Assembly (NCBI GenBank): GCA_036339735.1 | Contig: JAYZAL010000011.1 | Location: forward strand, 10,157-74,156 | Source of the DNA: Candidatus Poribacteria bacterium | GTDB lineage: Bacteria; Poribacteria; WGA-4E; UBA9662 | Length of the DNA: 64,000 nt | Direction of reading: 5' to 3' | Part shown: piece by piece, positions 11,267 to 21,141 of the stretch | Layout of the letters: the number at the start of each line of letters is the position of its first letter | How positions within the stretch are numbered: position 1 is the first letter of the stretch | Notes under the pieces: model-generated | What the model was told of the DNA's origin: nothing | What the model saw: only the letters and a program-made list of their open reading frames with translations | Database searches by the model: none | Translations under genes and position numbers: made by a program

Positions 11267-11277
11267 TCGATAGTTCT

Positions 11278-11295
11278 ATGTCAACTAGTTGACAT
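11278..11295. promoter_or_regulatory. Perfect 18-bp palindrome (operator or back-to-back -35 boxes)
   Basis: ATGTCAACT|AGTTGACAT, containing TTGACA on both strands, in a divergent intergenic region. Confidence 0.55.
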
Positions 11296-11356
11296 GCCTG
11301 ACCAGAAAGCCACTGATAACCTAAATTCTTCCAATTTATAAAAGGAGCCTCGTAAT

Positions 11357-13444
11357 TTGGGCTTCCTAAATCCAGCTTTTTTGTTCGCTCTAGTGGCAAC
11401 CACGATACCTTTACTAATTCATTTATGGCATCGCCGCCAAGCTAAACGTATCAATTTCGGTAGTCTGATATTTTTGACACTTGCACATAGGCAGACAGCT
11501 CGACGTATACAACTATACAATTGGATAATTCTGATTCTACGTATGATAATTGTTGCCCTGATCACTTTGGCTATTTGTCGCCCCTTACTGAAAAAAAATT
11601 TATTTTTCGCTGGCTATAGGACTAAGACTAGTTGTGTTATTATCCTAGATCATTCATACAGCATGGGTTACCAAGATGCCGATGGGCAACGTTTTTCCCT
11701 TGCTCAAGAAAAAGCAATTGATGTTCTCGGTTCCCTAAGAAATGGAGACGAAGCTACACTGATACTAATGTCTAATACGGCTTTAGCTATTTTCCCACAA
11801 CTAACCAGTGACCTTCAGTCCATAAGAACAGCAATACAACAGTCTCAATTAACTAATCAAACTACAAGTATCACAAATAGTTTAGATTTAGCTCATGAAA
11901 TTTTGGCCGAATCCAAAAATCGTAATCGAGAAATTTATTTGATCACCGATCTTGCTGGTTGGGAAGAAACTCAACCCATCGCGAATCAATCGAACTCTAA
12001 AATTTTCATTCTGCCCATTGGTCAACAATTAGCTGAAAACACAGGATTAACGTCGGTAACCACAAATACACCTCTGTTTACTACTGACCTTCCAGTTCAC
12101 GTTGAAGTCGAGGTAAGTAATTTTACAGATGCACCATTGGCTCAAACATCAGTAGAAGTTTTTTTTAATGACCAAAAGCGACGTGAGTTACAAGTTCCAA
12201 GCCAGTCTAATTCTATGCTGTCGGTCGGTTTCACTCACAAATTCAATCGCATTGGCACACATCTAGGTTATTTTGAGTTACCACCAGACCGACTCGAAAC
12301 AGATAATCGAAGGTATGTTGTTTTTGATATTTATGGAGAAATCAGAACTTTGTGTGTTTCTGATAATTCACTTTACCTGCAAACGGCACTAAACCCTTCA
12401 TTTACGGATTCAATGAACTCATCAACTACAGTCAAAACGGAACTCTATACAAACATCCTGCCAACTATCATCAATACGGACAACCTAATAGATATTTCAA
12501 CAGAAGATTGGGATCTACTACTAATAGCTGATTTGGATAGATTTTCAACTGAAATGGTTCAGAAGTTACAGTCTTTTTTGAGAGATGGAAAAAGTGTTAT
12601 CCTATTTACCGGGTCTAATTTGAACATTGATAGTAAACTCCTTGACTGGCTTGGTGTTAATTTATCAGGCAAAATCAATTGGACACCACCTTCTAAAATC
12701 GTCTTAAAAGAAGAACAACATCCTATTTTTGACCCTTTTTTACCTGCTGATTTTTCCAGTGAACTAGCTCCACGATTTTTCCATAGTGCAAGAGTATCAG
12801 TAAATAAGTCTGCTCAAGTCTTAGCTTATTTGGAGAACCAAGAAACAAAAACGCCATTTTTAGTCGAGTATAAACCAGAAATCACAAGTGGTTACAACAA
12901 AGGAACTGTAATAGTATTTAACACATCAGCTTATTCGTTAACTGATACAAGTCTATTGGTTTCTCCTCACTTTCTTCCTTTAATCCAACAAGCGGTATTG
13001 TATACTAAGTCTCGACAAAAAGTGATTGATCGTAAGCTGATCGTCGGTCAAGAATTCACCTTAGACGTTGGAGGGCAAGTAGATCAGGTGCAAATTACTA
13101 CTCCCAATTCCACAGAACCACTTACTATCGAAGCGAAGGAAGTAATTCATTTTGACCAGACGGATCATCCAGGCTTTTACCAAGTCGATATTTATTCCCA
13201 AGGGAGAAAAGAGCGCGAATTCTTTACTGTCAACGTATCCTCTCAAGAATCTGACTTACGGCCTATTGACATAGAAAAAGCTAAAGAAACTATATCGGCA
13301 CAACAACTAGTCGAAGATAAAGAATTAAGTCAAAGACTAAATAGACTTCGGCAAGGACAAGAAATTTGGGGCGAATTGCTCACGCTAGCGTTATTACTGT
13401 TCGGAATCGAAAGTCTAATTGCTAATAGGAATCAGAAAAATTAG
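11357..13444 (+). CDS. BatA-type N-terminal double-TM + vWA domain membrane protein
   Basis: MGFLNP..LIHL..R, LRM..LAICRP, MIDAS-like DHSYSM, ITD, C-terminal ESDL..WGELL TM; TTG start after AGGAG. Confidence 0.85.
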   Translation: MGFLNPAFLFALVATTIPLLIHLWHRRQAKRINFGSLIFLTLAHRQTARRIQLYNWIILILRMIIVALITLAICRPLLKKNLFFAGYRTKTSCVIILDHSYSMGYQDADGQRFSLAQEKAIDVLGSLRNGDEATLILMSNTALAIFPQLTSDLQSIRTAIQQSQLTNQTTSITNSLDLAHEILAESKNRNREIYLITDLAGWEETQPIANQSNSKIFILPIGQQLAENTGLTSVTTNTPLFTTDLPVHVEVEVSNFTDAPLAQTSVEVFFNDQKRRELQVPSQSNSMLSVGFTHKFNRIGTHLGYFELPPDRLETDNRRYVVFDIYGEIRTLCVSDNSLYLQTALNPSFTDSMNSSTTVKTELYTNILPTIINTDNLIDISTEDWDLLLIADLDRFSTEMVQKLQSFLRDGKSVILFTGSNLNIDSKLLDWLGVNLSGKINWTPPSKIVLKEEQHPIFDPFLPADFSSELAPRFFHSARVSVNKSAQVLAYLENQETKTPFLVEYKPEITSGYNKGTVIVFNTSAYSLTDTSLLVSPHFLPLIQQAVLYTKSRQKVIDRKLIVGQEFTLDVGGQVDQVQITTPNSTEPLTIEAKEVIHFDQTDHPGFYQVDIYSQGRKEREFFTVNVSSQESDLRPIDIEKAKETISAQQLVEDKELSQRLNRLRQGQEIWGELLTLALLLFGIESLIANRNQKN

Positions 13445-13452
13445 CGTTTTTA

Positions 13453-14637
13453 CTATAATTGATAGGATGTTAATTCGTATGTGACAGGCTGATCAGCAGT
13501 GGGAAAGTATTCGTATTTAACTACCCCAACGTGGGGTATAACCCAGTATCGAGCCGCCGGTAATAAATTAGTGCCATCTGGAGGCTGAGTATCGTCTCCA
13601 AGGTCTTCTAACTTAGTGGATTCGTCGCTACTAGATGTGAAAAGTTCTTTACCCTCAATAATCTCCTCCACTAAATACCCATCAGTAAAATACCCAGCAG
13701 GAACACTTATACTCACCTGATCATCTATAACACGTCGTTTCACTCTAACGGTAGGGCTGACAGTCTGTTCTAATACTGTCCATTCAAGGTCTTTTCGTAA
13801 GGGAAAAACCCATAACTTACGGAAGTTGGGGTGTACATTGTGCATAATAGGAGGCATGGCATTACCAAAATAAAGGTCAAAGGCTCGTTCAGCGAACTCA
13901 GTTGATGACTTGAAGAAATAAGTGGCATAAATAGGAAGAGCTGCGCCAACCAGTAGTTTTCCATTTTGTCGGAAATAACAGCCATTGGATGACAAGTGAT
14001 CTGTTGTTTGTCTGGTATAGACCGATAGTTGGTTGGTTTCACGGCGAATAATATAGGGCTTAAAAATATCTTGTATTAACCAATCGCCTGCTGTTGCTTG
14101 GACCGAAGGCGTATTTGCCTTTTTGATAGTTAGTGGATCAGGTAATCTAATACCGTTTCGGTTAAAAATACCAACGATTAGTGTCTCTAGCTCCCGCTTG
14201 ATTGCCAAATCTTCTAACTGCCCAGTATTGAGTTCTTCGTCCTCTTTCCCTTCTTCGAATTCCGGTAATTCAATACGAGATAATTCATCCAAAATCCGAT
14301 CAAACTCTTGATCCATATCGAAAAGGTATAATTCGCCCCCTGGATTTTCAGCGTTCTCATATTTAGAGGTCATCTGACGGAAAGTAAACCCTGCATCAAA
14401 ACGAGTTTCCTCAGTTACGGACAGTTGGTGCATCTGGTCCGGATTCTCTACATTCTGATACTGCCATTTAGCTCCAGTAGGAGTTGGAAATTCAGGAGCA
14501 TGAAGTCCATCAGTTCTCGGCATTTGAAATTTGGATTCATCAATTGGATCAAAAAAGCCCTCACTACTACAACCAAATAAAACTATCATTGATAGTAGAA
14601 ATAGGGAAAAAGACGGTTTGATTACCTGTAAAGTCAT
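13453..14637 (-). CDS. Uncharacterised lipoprotein
   Basis: Lipobox LFGC; C-terminal SVPAGYF..YWVIPHVGVVKY..YELTSY beta-rich fold typical of DUF3108-like lipoproteins. Confidence 0.65.
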   Translation of the reverse strand: MTLQVIKPSFSLFLLSMIVLFGCSSEGFFDPIDESKFQMPRTDGLHAPEFPTPTGAKWQYQNVENPDQMHQLSVTEETRFDAGFTFRQMTSKYENAENPGGELYLFDMDQEFDRILDELSRIELPEFEEGKEDEELNTGQLEDLAIKRELETLIVGIFNRNGIRLPDPLTIKKANTPSVQATAGDWLIQDIFKPYIIRRETNQLSVYTRQTTDHLSSNGCYFRQNGKLLVGAALPIYATYFFKSSTEFAERAFDLYFGNAMPPIMHNVHPNFRKLWVFPLRKDLEWTVLEQTVSPTVRVKRRVIDDQVSISVPAGYFTDGYLVEEIIEGKELFTSSSDESTKLEDLGDDTQPPDGTNLLPAARYWVIPHVGVVKYEYFPTADQPVTYELTSYQL

Positions 14638-14663
14638 TAGAAAATTAAAATTTTATATTGCCC

Positions 14664-15908
14664 CTATAGTGTCTCGTCAATTTGCTTCGCAACTGCCAAG
14701 GCTTTAGCACTAACCCCCAAAACTGACAAGAATCCTTCAGAGTCAGCATGATTAAAATCACCGATATCTTCCATGGAAGCCGTTTCTTCTGAATAAAGAG
14801 AATGAGGTATAGAAACTGCTGAGTGAAACGAAATATTTCCCTTATAAAGAGTTACGGTAATCTTGCCACTTGCCAAACTTTTGAATGGTTGAAGAGCTGC
14901 TAGCTGGCTTTGAGTGGCAGGATCAAACCAATACCCCTCGTAAATCTGTTCAGCTATTAGATCAGACAACCGATTAAAAACGCGCCTTGAACGTCGATCG
15001 AGAATCAGTTGTAAAAGATATTCGTAGCACTGACCGAGTACCTCCATTCCTGGAGACTCGTAAACTCCACGGCTTTTGATACCTACAAAACGATTTTCAA
15101 CCACGTGAATACCAATTCCCACACCGTTTCGACCACCAATTTCGTTAGCCAATTCAAAGGCCTCCACTAAAGAACACAACTTCCCATTGATCTCGGTAGG
15201 CCTACCTTTCTCAAATCGGATAGTCATGTGCTCAGCTTTATCCGGTGCATCTTTAGGGTGCAGCCCCATCCCTGGTGTGATGAAATTGGCTGGGGTCTGC
15301 AGGGATTCTAATTTACCTGCCTCGTGAGTTAATCCTAATAAATTAGCATCGGTTGAATATGGTTTCTCATAGGTTGCGGTAATAGGTATATTGTTTTGGT
15401 TACAAAAGTCGATCATTTCTTTCCGACCGCCAAATTGTTCTAAAAAAGCTTCGTCGCGCCAAGGTGCATACACCTCAAAATTGGGTTCGATCATGTTAGT
15501 TGCTAACTGAAAACGAACTTGATCATTTCCCCTGCCAGTGGACCCATGGGATAAGATCGTTATCCCACGCTTCTTCATGGATTCTAATAAGACTGCAACA
15601 GTGACGTGCCGGGCAATTCCAGTCGTATTCCAATATCCACCTTCGTAAGTTGCTTGTGCTTGAATCAATTGTAATCCCGCTTCAGCCAATTGGTCAACAG
15701 CGACCACCACAGTTGAGTCGAGGGCTCCACAGTTCAACATCCGATTCCGTATTTCGTTCATATCTTTCTCATCAGGTTGTCCTAAATCGGCGGTGAAGCA
15801 GAATACATCCACTCCATGATCAACTAACCATCGAGTAATTGTACAACTGTCTAGTCCGCCAGAAACGGCTATACCAACGGACCTTCCTTTTAATTGATTT
15901 ATCTTCAA
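14664..15908 (-). CDS. argG: Argininosuccinate synthase
   Basis: AVSGGLDS, HGSTGRGNDQVRF, YSTDANL, ENRFVGIKSRGVYESPG. Confidence 0.97.
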   Translation of the reverse strand: MKINQLKGRSVGIAVSGGLDSCTITRWLVDHGVDVFCFTADLGQPDEKDMNEIRNRMLNCGALDSTVVVAVDQLAEAGLQLIQAQATYEGGYWNTTGIARHVTVAVLLESMKKRGITILSHGSTGRGNDQVRFQLATNMIEPNFEVYAPWRDEAFLEQFGGRKEMIDFCNQNNIPITATYEKPYSTDANLLGLTHEAGKLESLQTPANFITPGMGLHPKDAPDKAEHMTIRFEKGRPTEINGKLCSLVEAFELANEIGGRNGVGIGIHVVENRFVGIKSRGVYESPGMEVLGQCYEYLLQLILDRRSRRVFNRLSDLIAEQIYEGYWFDPATQSQLAALQPFKSLASGKITVTLYKGNISFHSAVSIPHSLYSEETASMEDIGDFNHADSEGFLSVLGVSAKALAVAKQIDETL

Positions 15909-16200
15909 TTTTTATCCCTTTATGTAATCGGTTTAGTCTTATACTAGTATTAGTTTATATCTTCAGATTACGTTGAAATTATGAAACCATTCTTTTAGGC
16001 TTTATTCAACTAGGTTCTATCTTTTCAGCACGATCAATGAAACGCTTATGTAAAAGATGAATTGTCGAATTTCATGATCCATACGACCAAACAGTTACCA
16101 TTAATAATCCATTTGGGAAAGCCCAGAGCACAATTTTTTATTCTCATATTTGAGATCAACAACCGACCGTATTATAACACAACTAAATATCCACTCAGCT

Positions 16201-17406
16201 CTATAATCTGTCATCAGAATGACGAGGTAAAGTCTCTGGCACTAATCGCCAAAAAATTAGTACGGCTAAATATCCGATGACAGATAAAAATATAATTGAT
16301 GTCCGTAGATGCCACAAGTCAGCAAGACCACCAACCAGAAGCGGCCCTATATTTGCCCCGATATCCCCCGTTACTCTCCACCAACTTAAAAAACCATTTA
16401 CATTCTCGGCGGGAGCCAAGTCCGCACCTAAAGTCATCATAGTTCCCGAACACAGACCATTACCGATACCCATAAAAATCGTTGAGAGCAATAACGGCCA
16501 GAAGTTTTGAGTAAATGCCATAGCCAATATACCAGTAGCAAATATACTAAAACCAGGGATCATCGATGATTTACGGCCATATTTATCCATTAGAGCGCCA
16601 GCTACAGGAAACATCAACATATCAACTGCGGATGAAACCGCAACAACTTGCCGCACAAGCTTAGGTGCCAACCCAACTATATCATTAGCAAAAAGTGGTA
16701 CGAGTAAAGTCCGGCCTCTACGAATAGTTTGAATACAAACCTGTGCAAAACCAGCAGTAATTAAAATGATAAAATTGGTCTTTATCAAATTCCATTGGTT
16801 TCCCCATATATTTTTCAAACTCTGGGAAGACGAATCAATTGTTACTGATCCTGTGAAATAGTCTTCAACAAAAATGTAACATATCGTACCCGTACATATT
16901 GCAGTGGCTGCATAAACAAAGAAAGGCAATCTTAAATTTTCACCCAGAAAAATTACTACTATTTGTCCTAAGAAAGAAGCAATTCGATTAATCCCACCAA
17001 AAATAGCCAACGATCTACCTCGACTGGTAATCGGAATTCTTTCGGTCATAAAGGCATGCCGCGATAGTGCCCATAAGGCAGTACCTATACCACTGAAGAG
17101 TTGCAAAAACACTAAATGATAAATTGTAGTCGCTAATCCAATACCGATACTTGACACCGAGAGTATCACGGTCCCAAGCACCATGGATCGCTTATAGCCA
17201 ATTCTACCTAGTAATAATCCAGCTGGAATATTACCTAAGACAGCTGTTGCAATAACAAACATCGTCATGGAATACGACAAATCGAATGACTTGATATAGA
17301 GGCTCAGAGTTGGATTAACAACGCCATGACCGAAGGCTAGCAAAAAGGTTGGCAGGTAAATAGCTAAAATGAGGCTCCGGCTAGAGAATTGATCGCGGGA
17401 ACTCAT
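16201..17406 (-). CDS. MFS transporter
   Basis: About 12 TM segments; motif A variants GLLLGRIGYK and GALMDKYGRK. Confidence 0.9.
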   Translation of the reverse strand: MSSRDQFSSRSLILAIYLPTFLLAFGHGVVNPTLSLYIKSFDLSYSMTMFVIATAVLGNIPAGLLLGRIGYKRSMVLGTVILSVSSIGIGLATTIYHLVFLQLFSGIGTALWALSRHAFMTERIPITSRGRSLAIFGGINRIASFLGQIVVIFLGENLRLPFFVYAATAICTGTICYIFVEDYFTGSVTIDSSSQSLKNIWGNQWNLIKTNFIILITAGFAQVCIQTIRRGRTLLVPLFANDIVGLAPKLVRQVVAVSSAVDMLMFPVAGALMDKYGRKSSMIPGFSIFATGILAMAFTQNFWPLLLSTIFMGIGNGLCSGTMMTLGADLAPAENVNGFLSWWRVTGDIGANIGPLLVGGLADLWHLRTSIIFLSVIGYLAVLIFWRLVPETLPRHSDDRL

Positions 17407-17479
17407 TACATTATATTAGCGATGCACCGATCCACAATAGTTATCAAATAATACATTGACAATTGCTGAGCAAGATAAT

Positions 17480-18310
17480 CTATTGGTGTGCAAACGGGTT
17501 AGTCAAGTAATCAATTTTATGGTCAACAAAAATAGCATTGTGATCCAAGTCAGGGTTGACAAAAGCTGACTCACAGCCTGTTTGGTAATACAATTTCCGT
17601 TCACGCTTTAACCATTTGATATTGTATACACAGGCGATCATATGTCGTGGGCGGTTAGTATGATTGGTTACCCCCCGGTGCCAGAGACGTACATCGCGAA
17701 TTAGAACTCCTCCCTTTTTGACATTACCTCGTACTGGCGGACAAATATCATTTCTGAGATTCTCTACTATATTAGTTAATTCTTGAGTGGTATCCAGATG
17801 AGTTCCTGGCCATAATTCTGTGCTACCATTTTCTTCGTTGGTATCTCCGGGCGAGATATTAACCACAATAGACGCTGTCGGGTGAGGTTTACTCATATTA
17901 GTCCATAGGATTGGCCCGTCCCGATGTAGTGGTTGAATTTGACTGTCGGGGCAATTAGTATTGCCATTATAAAAACCATTGAATGCTCGGCTACCCAATA
18001 AGGACTTAGTTATCTGAATTACAAAGGGGTTAGCGACAACATCCTCAACAACATAAGGTGGGTGAAGAGGGGGACCTTGTTGTAGATGTCCAGATATTCT
18101 TCCTGCTCCTCCCCAACGTTTTTCTTTGATTAAAATGGCTGAATCCTTGTCCATTTGTTCACTAATTTGACTTAGATCTTCACGATTGACAATATTCTCG
18201 ATAATAGCATAACCATCTTGTCGAATGGCATCTATTACCGAGATCAACATTTTTTCTGAAAGACGCCGATTGGCAATTTGGAAAGTATTTGGAGTAAAAA
18301 CGTTCATCAA
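17480..18310 (-). CDS. Phytanoyl-CoA dioxygenase (PhyH) family Fe/2OG enzyme
   Basis: QPLHRD, ENGSTELWPGTH, LWHRG..N..RPR. Confidence 0.88.
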   Translation of the reverse strand: MMNVFTPNTFQIANRRLSEKMLISVIDAIRQDGYAIIENIVNREDLSQISEQMDKDSAILIKEKRWGGAGRISGHLQQGPPLHPPYVVEDVVANPFVIQITKSLLGSRAFNGFYNGNTNCPDSQIQPLHRDGPILWTNMSKPHPTASIVVNISPGDTNEENGSTELWPGTHLDTTQELTNIVENLRNDICPPVRGNVKKGGVLIRDVRLWHRGVTNHTNRPRHMIACVYNIKWLKRERKLYYQTGCESAFVNPDLDHNAIFVDHKIDYLTNPFAHQ

Positions 18311-18316
18311 AGATCT

Positions 18317-19639
18317 TTAGAATGTACTTTGCGATGTTGTCGATGAGCACCATCGAGCTCTACACAAAAAGTCAAACATAATTGTTTCTGACTGCTCAGT
18401 CCCAATACGTTTCAGCGATTCTAAGGAATTGGCCCTGACATACCGATTTTCATCTTGGAGGGCTTTTTCCAATTCGGTGGTAGCTGACTGAGCCAACGGA
18501 CCCAATCGAGATAAGGCTAGGGAAGCATTACGTTTTACCCATTCATCTTTATCTTGTAATGCTGCCGCGAGTACTGGCACTACCTTAGCAGATTTTTGAC
18601 CAACTAGACCAAGAGCATCAATACTTGCACGTCTAATCGTTGGATTCTCGTCGCCGGCAACCGAAATTATTTGATCTAAAACAGTAGTTGATTCGAGTCC
18701 AAGATCACCTAGGGTATCAATAGCAGAAACTCGAACAGATTCATCATTATGATCCATTAATTGCGCAAGAGGTTCGACCGCTAATGCTCCCATGGTAGCT
18801 AAACCATAACTGGCGTTCTGTCGCACACCTTCGCTAGATCCCGTCATTGCACAAATTAAATCAGAAATACTAGATTCTCCTTGTTCACCGAGCTGATACG
18901 CTGATCGGATAGCTAGAGCTTCATCTGATTGTGCCAGATCTTGAACTGAAACTTCGCTTGCATTTGATTCAATTTGTACCGAGCTACTAGTGTGCCATCG
19001 CCACATTGCGCGATGTAGTGGATCACTAACTTGCCAGTTAGTGCTGTGAATTTCCTTTGGCTCTTCCATCCGGGCAAATAAAAATTTCAACATGAATCTT
19101 TTGCGGTCAGTTACATTCGGCATTGCACGATGCCACAGGTCATAGTGTACGATAACCACAGTTCCAGCGACACCATCTAATGCGATTTCATCCGTCGTGC
19201 CTGGGCCATGATTCAAGTAATGACTGCCAGGTGTAATACCCGTTGGCCCCTGCTCGACCGGCGTATCCTGTGGATAGTAAAAAGCCATTGCCCAGCGAGT
19301 ATGGTGTCGCCGCTTTGACCATGAATCTTTGTGCAGGTTTTGTCCACTACTACCGGGCGCATTGAAATGTGGATGTCTGTGTGGATGGGCGTAGTAATTT
19401 GGCCCCACAATACTAGTTAATGCTCCATCAATTACAGGATCGGTTAAGACTTCCTGAATCTCAGGAATTCGAGGTACCATATTATTACCCGGATTACCTT
19501 CCTTCTCAAATACCATTTCCATTTTTTCAAAAATTTTCTGATGTAGTTGAGCGGGACGACTACTTTTAAGACTAATGTACCCATTTTCGATATAAAACTG
19601 AAGTTGGGAACTTGTTAATAAGTGATCGTTTAAGTTCAT
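18317..19639 (-). CDS. PhyH-family dioxygenase fused to HEAT repeats
   Basis: HKD...GPT...PGSH...HYDLWHR, followed by about 6 HEAT repeats (D..VR.NA..AL). Confidence 0.85.
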   Translation of the reverse strand: MNLNDHLLTSSQLQFYIENGYISLKSSRPAQLHQKIFEKMEMVFEKEGNPGNNMVPRIPEIQEVLTDPVIDGALTSIVGPNYYAHPHRHPHFNAPGSSGQNLHKDSWSKRRHHTRWAMAFYYPQDTPVEQGPTGITPGSHYLNHGPGTTDEIALDGVAGTVVIVHYDLWHRAMPNVTDRKRFMLKFLFARMEEPKEIHSTNWQVSDPLHRAMWRWHTSSSVQIESNASEVSVQDLAQSDEALAIRSAYQLGEQGESSISDLICAMTGSSEGVRQNASYGLATMGALAVEPLAQLMDHNDESVRVSAIDTLGDLGLESTTVLDQIISVAGDENPTIRRASIDALGLVGQKSAKVVPVLAAALQDKDEWVKRNASLALSRLGPLAQSATTELEKALQDENRYVRANSLESLKRIGTEQSETIMFDFLCRARWCSSTTSQSTF

Positions 19640-19683
19640 TATTTACTCCTACTTTGTGGTAAATTTGTTTGATACTTTGCTGA

Positions 19684-20418
19684 TTAGTCTGAATTGTAAC
19701 TCGATAATTCAGTGTTAATTTCCTGAGAAATTTCCACTACACGTTTTAACTTATCAGCTTGTTTCCTGAGTCGGTTATCGTAATCCTCGGTTATGGGCTC
19801 ACTTAAGAGAATAACGGTTTGATGCAAAGAATTTAGTGAGGAATTGATATCTTCGTCGAGCTTTTCTAAGTTAACATTGATTCTTTTCAAATTTGCTAAT
19901 TGTTGTTTTAGAGTTTGGTCCTTGGTTATCAACTTCGACTGAAATTGGGTATTATCTTCCTTAGCCATAGCTAAACGAGTTTTTTCCAGTTCAGAACGTA
20001 ATTTCAATACATCGGTCTTGGACAATTGTTGTCTGTATTGATTTCGTTTTTCAATAACTACGACAGTTTCTGATTTCAAAACTTGGAAAGCATTGGGAAT
20101 TTCAGCTGCAATGAACTGCTGACTAATTTTATTGTCAACTAAATCATTGAAGGCCCATTCTAGTTCAATCAAACGCTGAATGTCAATTTTGCCAGTTTCA
20201 TCTAGTTTTTCTATCAATTCTTGGTAGGATTCTTCTGGTAATTCTTTCTTGAATCTTGATTTTGGTTTTCTAATTCGGATGGGAATGAGTGCAAATTTAG
20301 CGACAATGGATAGAACAGCTAGGCTAGGAGCAAGACCAGCCAGACCAAACCTTGTTAACAACCATGTGGCGATCAATAAACCAGTAGCCAAGATCACTAA
20401 AGAAATCAACATTTGCAT
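19684..20418 (-). CDS. Hypothetical membrane-anchored coiled-coil protein
   Basis: Two N-terminal TMs followed by a long helical heptad region. Confidence 0.65.
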   Translation of the reverse strand: MQMLISLVILATGLLIATWLLTRFGLAGLAPSLAVLSIVAKFALIPIRIRKPKSRFKKELPEESYQELIEKLDETGKIDIQRLIELEWAFNDLVDNKISQQFIAAEIPNAFQVLKSETVVVIEKRNQYRQQLSKTDVLKLRSELEKTRLAMAKEDNTQFQSKLITKDQTLKQQLANLKRINVNLEKLDEDINSSLNSLHQTVILLSEPITEDYDNRLRKQADKLKRVVEISQEINTELSSYNSD

Positions 20419-20534
20419 TGAAGAAGAATGAGAACTTGAAAGGAGGACGTACGTTCTGCTATTCTAACACAGGTTGTTAAGTGTTTCAAATTCAACTAAT
20501 ACTAATGCCAATTTCTTGATAATACTCATGTTTA

Positions 20535-21140
20535 ATGAATGAACTCAATGATCTATTCCCCAATATTACGTTAGCATCAGCTTCACCTCGTAGGTGCAAA
20601 CTACTACAACAGATTGGATTAAAATTTACCGTATCTCCAAGTCAAATCCAAGAACCAGAACTTGATGGCAAAAATGTTGAAGATATCGAAAAGGGGGTTC
20701 AAGAATTGGCCCTGAAAAAAGCTGATTATGTAGCTCAAAAACAGGGCACTGGATTAATAATCGGCTCGGACACAACAGTTGTGTTTCAATCAAAGTCCTT
20801 GGGAAAACCAAAGGGACGATTTGAAGCTAAAAGAGTTCTAAAAATGCTGAGCAATGGTCAACATAGGGTTTTGACTGGTATTGCATTAATTGATGTTAAT
20901 CGAAACAAAAGAAAGGTCTGGTGTGAAGGCACAAACGTTTTTTTTCGGCCTTTGACTGATACTGAGATTGAAGATTATGTGTCTAGTGGTGAAGCAGACG
21001 ATAAGGCAGGCTCCTATGGTATCCAGGGTAAAGCCGCTATATTTGTTGAACGGATTGATGGATGCTATTTCAATGTCATGGGTCTACCGGTAGCCAGCTT
21101 GGTCCAAGAAATGAGAATCTTGGGCAATTCTAGTATGTAG
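20535..21140 (+). CDS. maf: Maf nucleoside triphosphate pyrophosphatase (YhdE type)
   Basis: LASASPRR, GSDT.V, LGKP, DKAGSYGIQG, NVMGLP. Confidence 0.95.
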   Translation: MNELNDLFPNITLASASPRRCKLLQQIGLKFTVSPSQIQEPELDGKNVEDIEKGVQELALKKADYVAQKQGTGLIIGSDTTVVFQSKSLGKPKGRFEAKRVLKMLSNGQHRVLTGIALIDVNRNKRKVWCEGTNVFFRPLTDTEIEDYVSSGEADDKAGSYGIQGKAAIFVERIDGCYFNVMGLPVASLVQEMRILGNSSM

Positions 21141-21141
21141 T

